From Candidatus Bipolaricaulia bacterium (lineage in GTDB: Bacteria > Bipolaricaulota > Bipolaricaulia > JBHIAT01): a stretch of DNA of 12,847 nt. Under the pieces are notes generated by a model. That model was not told where the DNA came from. It saw nothing but the letters and a program-made list of their open reading frames with translations, and made no database searches. The stretch lies in assembly GCA_046758705.1 (NCBI GenBank), contig JBHIAT010000104.1, forward strand, positions 1 to 12,847, given 5' to 3'. The translations under genes and the position numbers were made by a program. Shown here piece by piece: positions 8,077 through 12,847 of the stretch (position 1 is its first letter; every line of letters starts with the position of its first letter).

Positions 8077-8894
8077 GCGGCGGTCTCCTCCGCCATCGTG
8101 CGCTGGTGAACGGATAGCGGCGCCGCGGTCCGGCTCAAGTCGCCCAGCTCGCGCGTTTGCATCGCCTCCATGATGCGCTCATCGCCGTCCAACAAGCGGA
8201 CCGCAACCCAACGTGCATTCGGCAATCCCGGAAATGCCTGTTCGACTTGTGCAGCGAGCTCGCTCACCGCCCGGTTGAGAGCGGGGTCCCTGCCGTTGAT
8301 ACGGTACGGCTTGGTGACGAACTTGCCCGTGGCCATCTCGCCGATCGTCCGGATGAGCTCAGGGATGCCCTCGCGCTTGTGCGCCGCCGTCGGCGCCACC
8401 GGGACACCCAGGTCACGTGCCAGACGTCGATGATCGATTTCCAGACCGTGGCGTTGGGCCTCGTCCATCAGGTTGAGGCATACCACCACCCTGTCGGTAA
8501 TCTCAAGCATCTGGAGGATCAGGTTCAGGTTGCGTTCCAGGCGGTTCGCATCGGCCACGACGACGGTGACGTCCGGTTGGCCGAATAGGATGAAGTCACG
8601 GGCGACCTCCTCATCCAGGCTGGTGGTGAGCAGCGAGTAAGTGCCGGGCAGGTCGACCAGCTTGTAACGACGGCCGTCGTACTGATAGCCGCCTTCGGCA
8701 CGCGTGACCGTCTTGCCCGGCCAGTTGCCCGTGTGTTGTCTGAGGCCGGTGAGTGCGTTGAAGACGGTGCTCTTGCCGGTGTTGGGGTTGCCGGCCAGGC
8801 CAACCACGTAATCCCACTTGTCCATCTTGATGCCCATCCGTATGAGATGCGGGCATCCGTCACAACCGGGCGAGATGGGGGTCGAGTTCATCAC
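8073..8894 (-). CDS. feoB: FeoB small GTPase domain, N-terminal part of a split FeoB
   Basis: G1 GNPNTGKS, G2 GNWPGKTV, G3 DLPG(TYSL), LERNL, G4 NLMD. N-terminal CDGCPH extension. ATGA overlaps with both neighbours. Confidence 0.92.
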   Translation of the reverse strand: MMNSTPISPGCDGCPHLIRMGIKMDKWDYVVGLAGNPNTGKSTVFNALTGLRQHTGNWPGKTVTRAEGGYQYDGRRYKLVDLPGTYSLLTTSLDEEVARDFILFGQPDVTVVVADANRLERNLNLILQMLEITDRVVVCLNLMDEAQRHGLEIDHRRLARDLGVPVAPTAAHKREGIPELIRTIGEMATGKFVTKPYRINGRDPALNRAVSELAAQVEQAFPGLPNARWVAVRLLDGDERIMEAMQTRELGDLSRTAAPLSVHQRTMAEETAA

Positions 8895-9127
8895 AGATGG
8901 CTCTCCTCCTGTGTGATGTGAATCAGCTGGGCTTGTTCGTTGCGAAGGGCGATGAGCGAGTCGCGAATGCGGTAGGCGGTCGTGCCACCGATCGGGCTGA
9001 CCAGTTCCGCGACCACCCGGGTTCCGGGCAGCAACCCCAGATCTTCCAGGCGCCAGCGTTCCTGGCCGTCAACGTCCAGGCGAACCACAGTCGCCGCCTC
9101 ACCCGGTTGCAGATCCACCAGCCGCAT
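8891..9127 (-). CDS. feoA: Ferrous iron transport protein A
   Basis: 78 aa with RLEDLGLLPGT, SPIGG and IALRNEQA, the FeoA SH3-like pattern. SD GGGAG 5 nt before ATG; translationally coupled to the FeoB GTPase gene. Confidence 0.93.
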   Translation of the reverse strand: MRLVDLQPGEAATVVRLDVDGQERWRLEDLGLLPGTRVVAELVSPIGGTTAYRIRDSLIALRNEQAQLIHITQEESHL

Positions 9128-9145
9128 TTTCTCTCCCGCAGTTCT

Positions 9146-9182
9146 ATTTTCTATTGCTAATTTTATTTCCCTAGTCTAACTT
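9146..9182 (-). promoter_or_regulatory. Tandem 18-bp operator-like boxes (same motif as 285-321)
   Basis: ATTTCCCTAGTCTAACTT (9165-9182; 15/18 to the 285-302 box) and ATTTTCTATTGCTAATTT (9146-9163; 12/18), 19-bp period, just downstream of the -10. Confidence 0.7.
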
Positions 9183-9191
9183 CGCTTTAAT

Positions 9192-9220
9192 ATCATATCA
9201 CGGCCGGGCGGATTTGTCAA
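9192..9220 (-). promoter_or_regulatory. Sigma70-type promoter of the feoA-feoB-ATPase operon
   Basis: TTGACA (9220-9215), 17-nt spacer, TATGAT (9197-9192), with extended -10 TGn. Confidence 0.85.
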
Positions 9221-9251
9221 GATCAGGGTGGGTCAGGTAATGACTTACAGT

Positions 9252-9675
9252 CTACAGCCTATTCAGAGCTGCAACGGCTTCCAGCTCTCGAGCCAAGAAG
9301 CGCACTACGGTCGCCATCCCGTTGAGGCCATGACGCTCTTCGACTCCCGGCGAATAGTTCGTGTTCGCATTCATGTCGTAGGTGATCTTGTTGCCCTGCT
9401 TGTCTTCGATGAACTCGATCCCGGCGATGTCGATCTCGTTTGCGCGCATGAAGACCAGGTATTGGTCGATGATCGGGTCGTCGAACCCGTCACGCAGCGA
9501 AAAGAGGCTTTGGCGATCGTTGTCGGTTGAAAAAGATGCCCTGCGGCGGCTCCTCGCTGAGGTCGAAATGCCCGGTTTGAATAAACCACTCTTCGTGTGG
9601 CAACCCAGCCCGATCCAGCTCGCGCAAAATCGGGTCCATCCAGTCTGAATGCTCGTACAGCGTGTAGATTTCCAT
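9252..9675 (-). pseudogene. ATP-grasp (RimK/glutathione synthetase-like) ligase remnant with internal deletion and frameshift
   Basis: SD AAGGAG and ATG 9675 give MEIYTLYEHSDWMDPILRELDRAGLPHEEW...PPQGIFFNR (51 aa), which then stops at 9490. A different frame from about 9527 gives TDNDRQSLFSLRDGFDDPIIDQY...IDIAGIEFIEDKQGNKITYDMNANTNY...RFLAREL, an ATP-grasp C-terminus. The central domain is absent. Confidence 0.78.
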
Positions 9676-9704
9676 CACAACTCCTTTCGCTACATGCAAT
9701 GGAC

Positions 9705-9938
9705 TCAGGTCGGGCCGACCTCGATCACCAGCCGCCATTCGGGGTTGCCGGTCCTCTCGACCGTCACCACGCGGTGCCCGGCGTTCTCCGCCCATCGGGT
9801 GATGTTGTCGAGAGCCAGGGGGTAGTCGATCCACACCTCGAGCCGATCGCCCGGTTGTAACTCGGCGACCTTCTCTTTGGTAGCGATGAGCGGGTAGGGG
9901 CAGATCTCGCCGCGGATATCGAGTTGATAGATGGCCAT
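9705..9938 (-). CDS. TusA/YeeD (SirA-like) sulfur carrier protein
   Basis: 77 aa with the LDIRGEICPYP (CPxP) motif and GDRLEVWIDYP; SD GGAGGT; directly downstream of a YeeE gene. Confidence 0.93.
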   Translation of the reverse strand: MAIYQLDIRGEICPYPLIATKEKVAELQPGDRLEVWIDYPLALDNITRWAENAGHRVVTVERTGNPEWRLVIEVGPT

Positions 9939-9954
9939 AGTGGTGACCTCCGTT

Positions 9955-11001
9955 TCAAGCTTCTAGTTCCAGGACCGACTTACGCTCCGGCACCCGAGCC
10001 TGGACCTCGGCAGGGCGCATGAACAGGAAGTAGACCATCGTCCACGCACCGAGCACGATGAAGATCGTCGTCATCAGGCTGCTCACCGCCAGGACCGAAA
10101 GCCCGGTGAAACTGTGGCCGATGGTGCACCCGCCGGCCACCTGGGCGCCGAAGCCCATCAGCAGCCCGCCGCCCAGAGACTGGAGGATTCGAGACGGCTT
10201 GGGCAGTCTCAGCTTCGATTCACCGTAGAGATAAGCGCCGATTCCGGCACCGATTAGCAGCCCGATCAGCATGAAGGTTCCCCAGTCGAGGAACGCCACA
10301 TCTCCTTCGAACAGATAGCGGAACAGCGAGCGGATCGGTCCGGTGACCGACAGTCCGTAGTTCCTGCCGGTGGCGGTGGAGCTGAGCCAGGCGATGACAC
10401 TAATGGCCCCGATGATCAAGCCGGTAGTCTGCCACTGCCAGCCGCTGCTGCGGTACTGGGAGCGGCTGGCCCGAACCAGCCATAGCGTTACGGGAATCAC
10501 CACGACCACGATGATGATCCAGGGGTTCACCCCGAACAGGTTAGCCAGGTCGGGCGTCTCGCCGCGAACCTGGAGGGTCGTCTCGCGGAGGTAGCGTTGG
10601 ATCGGGCTCAGGAAGCCGACATCGGTCGCCACTGTGGCGATCCCGAAGCCGAGGAACGCGATCATCGAGCCCAGCATCCCTTCGCCGGTGCGGTAGCAGG
10701 TACCGCTAGCGCACCCACCGGCCAGAACCATCCCTATGCCGAATAGAAAACCGCCGACGATGTTGGCCATCCAGAAGAACGGCGCTCGGTCGAGCGTCAG
10801 GACCCCGAAGGTAGCGAGCAGGTTGACCCCGACCATCTGGACGACCAGTCCCAGTGCCCAGGCGCGCAGCAGCGTGCTGTCCTTAATCAGGGTAATATCC
10901 CGGAACGCGGTGTTAACACAGTACCGTCCGCGTTGCAACGCATACCCGAAGCCTAGGCCCATGATCAGCCCCAAGAAGATCTTCACCATCAAGCTGGTCA
11001 T
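9955..11001 (-). CDS. YeeE/YedE-family thiosulfate/sulfur-compound transporter
   Basis: 348-aa Gly-rich membrane protein with the three conserved Cys motifs QRGRYC, GMVLAGGCASG and AGGCTIGH; SD GAGGT; paired with TusA/YeeD. Confidence 0.92.
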   Translation of the reverse strand: MTSLMVKIFLGLIMGLGFGYALQRGRYCVNTAFRDITLIKDSTLLRAWALGLVVQMVGVNLLATFGVLTLDRAPFFWMANIVGGFLFGIGMVLAGGCASGTCYRTGEGMLGSMIAFLGFGIATVATDVGFLSPIQRYLRETTLQVRGETPDLANLFGVNPWIIIVVVVIPVTLWLVRASRSQYRSSGWQWQTTGLIIGAISVIAWLSSTATGRNYGLSVTGPIRSLFRYLFEGDVAFLDWGTFMLIGLLIGAGIGAYLYGESKLRLPKPSRILQSLGGGLLMGFGAQVAGGCTIGHSFTGLSVLAVSSLMTTIFIVLGAWTMVYFLFMRPAEVQARVPERKSVLELEA

Positions 11002-11033
11002 AACGTTACCTCTTCCTCTTCCTCATTCCTGAC

Positions 11034-11990
11034 CTACCAGCAGGTGCTCCGAGCGCCACCCGGCTGGCCGCCCGATCCGCTGACTGCGACGGCGATCGGC
11101 AGCTGTGTGTCGTTGCCCCACTCGGCCCAGGAGCCATCGTAGAGGCGCACATCCGGATAGCCGAGCAGCCGCAGTGCCAGATAGTCGACGGCCGCCTCGA
11201 CCCCCGTCTGGCTGTAGATGACGACCGTATGGTTCCTGTCCACATCGGCATCCTCAAAGCGGATCTGGAGGTCGAGGGAGCGGGCCAGGTGCCCGTCTCG
11301 GTCGAGTACCTCGGACCAGGGGCGCGAGGCTGCGTTCGGGATACGACCGTCCCGCCGGGCTCGAGAACTCTGACCGAGATATTCGGCCATCGGCCGGGCG
11401 TCGACGATGCGTAGCCCGGGATCTTCGAGATGATCGGTCAACCAGGCGGCGGTGATGATCCGATCGGAGACGGGTTTGGCGTCGAATGTCCGCTCAGAGA
11501 CCTCCGAGACCGTCTCGGTCAACTCACCACCTGCCTGCTGCCACGCTCCGATCCCGCCGTTCAGGATTTTCACGGTGGGGTGCCCGTAAAGCTCCAGGAT
11601 CCAGAAGAGACGGGCCGCCCACAAATTGTCGGGGTCGCTGTAGACGACGACCGTCGTATCCCGATCGATGCCGACACGTCCGAAGACCGCCTCGATCTGC
11701 TCCTCAGGGGCGACCAACCGGGCGACCCCCCGGGTCCAGGTGTGCACATCCCGATCCGAGATGTTGACCGCCCCTGGGATATGGCCAGCTCGATACTTCA
11801 GCGGTCCCCGGGCGTCGACAATGCGCACGTTTGGATCGCTGAGGCGGGCGCGCAGCCACTCCGAAGAGACGAGCAGATCTGCGTTCGGATAGTCCCGGTT
11901 TAGGGCAGCGAAGCTGACGACCCCGGAGGCGATGAGCGCAACCGCCAAAGCGATCTCAAAGCCCCGTTTTAGCAGCGTACCGGTCTCCAT
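11034..11990 (-). CDS. Exported or membrane-anchored tandem-domain rhodanese (SseA-like) with active-site Cys replaced by Ser
   Basis: Likely start ATG 11990 (METGTLLKRG plus a hydrophobic helix). Motifs IVDAR, GHIPGAV, AARLFWIL, LNGG and YDGSWAEW. The active-site loop reads IYSQTGVE instead of YCxxGxR. The only Cys is in the C-terminal tail STCW. Confidence 0.88.
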   Translation of the reverse strand: METGTLLKRGFEIALAVALIASGVVSFAALNRDYPNADLLVSSEWLRARLSDPNVRIVDARGPLKYRAGHIPGAVNISDRDVHTWTRGVARLVAPEEQIEAVFGRVGIDRDTTVVVYSDPDNLWAARLFWILELYGHPTVKILNGGIGAWQQAGGELTETVSEVSERTFDAKPVSDRIITAAWLTDHLEDPGLRIVDARPMAEYLGQSSRARRDGRIPNAASRPWSEVLDRDGHLARSLDLQIRFEDADVDRNHTVVIYSQTGVEAAVDYLALRLLGYPDVRLYDGSWAEWGNDTQLPIAVAVSGSGGQPGGARSTCW

Positions 11991-11997
11991 GTGGCCG

Positions 11998-12846
11998 TTA
12001 CACCTTTCCGCAGCAGGCGAACGGGCAGTTTTCGTCGAACTGTCTGCCAGTCTGGTACGCAAGCCCCAATGGCCTGTCCACACCAGCCGTTTCCGGCACC
12101 GTGGTCCTCTGGGCGATGACTCCAACAGGCTGCGGCCCGACCTTGACGGTATCGATCACCCGTTGCTCGGCCACGTCGATTACTGCCACCGCGTCGCGCC
12201 CGGGGAGCGTTACGTAGAACTTGTGACCGTCGACGGAGAAGTCGCCGGTCACCGGGTTACTCCCTGGGGGGAACGCGATCGTGTCCACGATCTCCAGACT
12301 GTTTAGATCGACGACGTTCAGGTCGCTGGAACTGCGGTTGATGATGAAGTTGAACCGCCCATCTGGGGTGAACTCATCGGTGAGCGACCCGAGGCCAAGG
12401 CCGTCCTGCTGAGTGAAGCGCTTGAGCTCCACCGGATTGAGCGGATCGCTCACGTCCCAGACCGACTCGGTCCCGTCGCCTTCGGTGTTCTCCACGAAGA
12501 AGAACCGTCCGTCGGGGGAGATCGTCCCCATGAACGGATCGGGGCGATCACCGACCAGCGGCTCGACCGGCACCACCGCGACGACCTCAAAGCTGTTTAG
12601 ATCGAGGACGGCGATCGCGTCGCTGTGACGATCGGGGTCGAAGGCGTATCGGCCATCCTCTCGGATGGTCATGTCGCACGGTCCGGCGTTGGCGTACGTG
12701 TTGTATTGGGCCACCACCGTGCCAAAGTCCGGATGAGACGGGTCGGCACCGATCAACTGATAGGTGTCGGTGAACCGCGCGGCGTTGACGAGGTAGCGGC
12801 CGTCGGGGGTGATCTCGGTGTAGTTCTGCTTTGAGCCCGTCTCGAT
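11998..12846 (-). CDS. YVTN/YncE-like beta-propeller protein (partial; 5' end beyond the window) with Cys-rich C-terminal tail
   Basis: The frame stays open to the window edge (IETGSKQNYTEITPDGRYLVNAARFTDTYQLIGAD...). Repeating blades ITPDGRY, IREDGRY, ISPDGRF, FTPDGRF, FSVDGHK, with VAVID...VIDTVKVGPQP. Ends FDENCPFACCGKV. Confidence 0.85.
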   Translation of the reverse strand: METGSKQNYTEITPDGRYLVNAARFTDTYQLIGADPSHPDFGTVVAQYNTYANAGPCDMTIREDGRYAFDPDRHSDAIAVLDLNSFEVVAVVPVEPLVGDRPDPFMGTISPDGRFFFVENTEGDGTESVWDVSDPLNPVELKRFTQQDGLGLGSLTDEFTPDGRFNFIINRSSSDLNVVDLNSLEIVDTIAFPPGSNPVTGDFSVDGHKFYVTLPGRDAVAVIDVAEQRVIDTVKVGPQPVGVIAQRTTVPETAGVDRPLGLAYQTGRQFDENCPFACCGKV

Positions 12847-12847
12847 C

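Noticed and set aside
9490-9530. Selenocysteine read-through or programmed frameshift rescuing the ATP-grasp gene
   Set aside because: The TGA lies after the frame switch, and a frameshifted product of about 140 aa would still lack the central domain.
9490-9834. 114-aa ORF overlapping tusA
   Set aside because: Its first half is an alternative frame of tusA. The real start is ATG 9675 with its own SD, and it is the pseudogene N-fragment.
11002-11030. GAGGAA-GAGGAA-GAGGTA short repeat before yeeE
   Set aside because: Explained as a purine-rich ribosome-binding region; too short to be a meaningful repeat.
11991-12125. ORF-track extension of the rhodanese to 12125
   Set aside because: It overlaps the propeller gene's 3' end. 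ATG 11990 follows that stop by 7 nt and begins a signal-like peptide.
1-12847. Mobile elements, CRISPR arrays, tRNA/rRNA, defence systems
   Set aside because: No transposase, integrase, repeat-spacer array or structural RNA signature was seen; the 19-bp-period boxes occur only as pairs within promoters.

Overview
GC-rich bacterial window in which every credible gene lies on the minus strand. In transcription order (right to left) there are four units. (1) A sulfur-trafficking-like operon: a YVTN/YncE-like beta-propeller (5' end outside the window, Cys-rich C-terminal tail), an exported tandem rhodanese whose catalytic Cys is replaced by Ser, a YeeE/YedE transporter, a TusA/YeeD carrier, and an ATP-grasp gene that appears internally deleted and frameshifted. 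(2) feoA, a feoB split into GTPase and membrane genes, and a P1B-4-type ATPase with N-terminal HMA-like domains. (3) An FbpABC/FutABC-type Fe3+ ABC transporter. (4) The start of a Tat-exported protein, probably a multicopper oxidase, which the ORF track misses. Three AT-rich spacers each hold a near-consensus sigma70 promoter. The feo and oxidase promoters share a 13-bp identical core and a tandem 18-bp motif with 19-bp period that resembles MntR/DtxR-family operators. The ABC promoter instead has a Fur-like box and a separate palindrome. No regulator gene, mobile element, RNA gene or CRISPR array was seen. Family calls rest on recognised motifs; no database searches were run.
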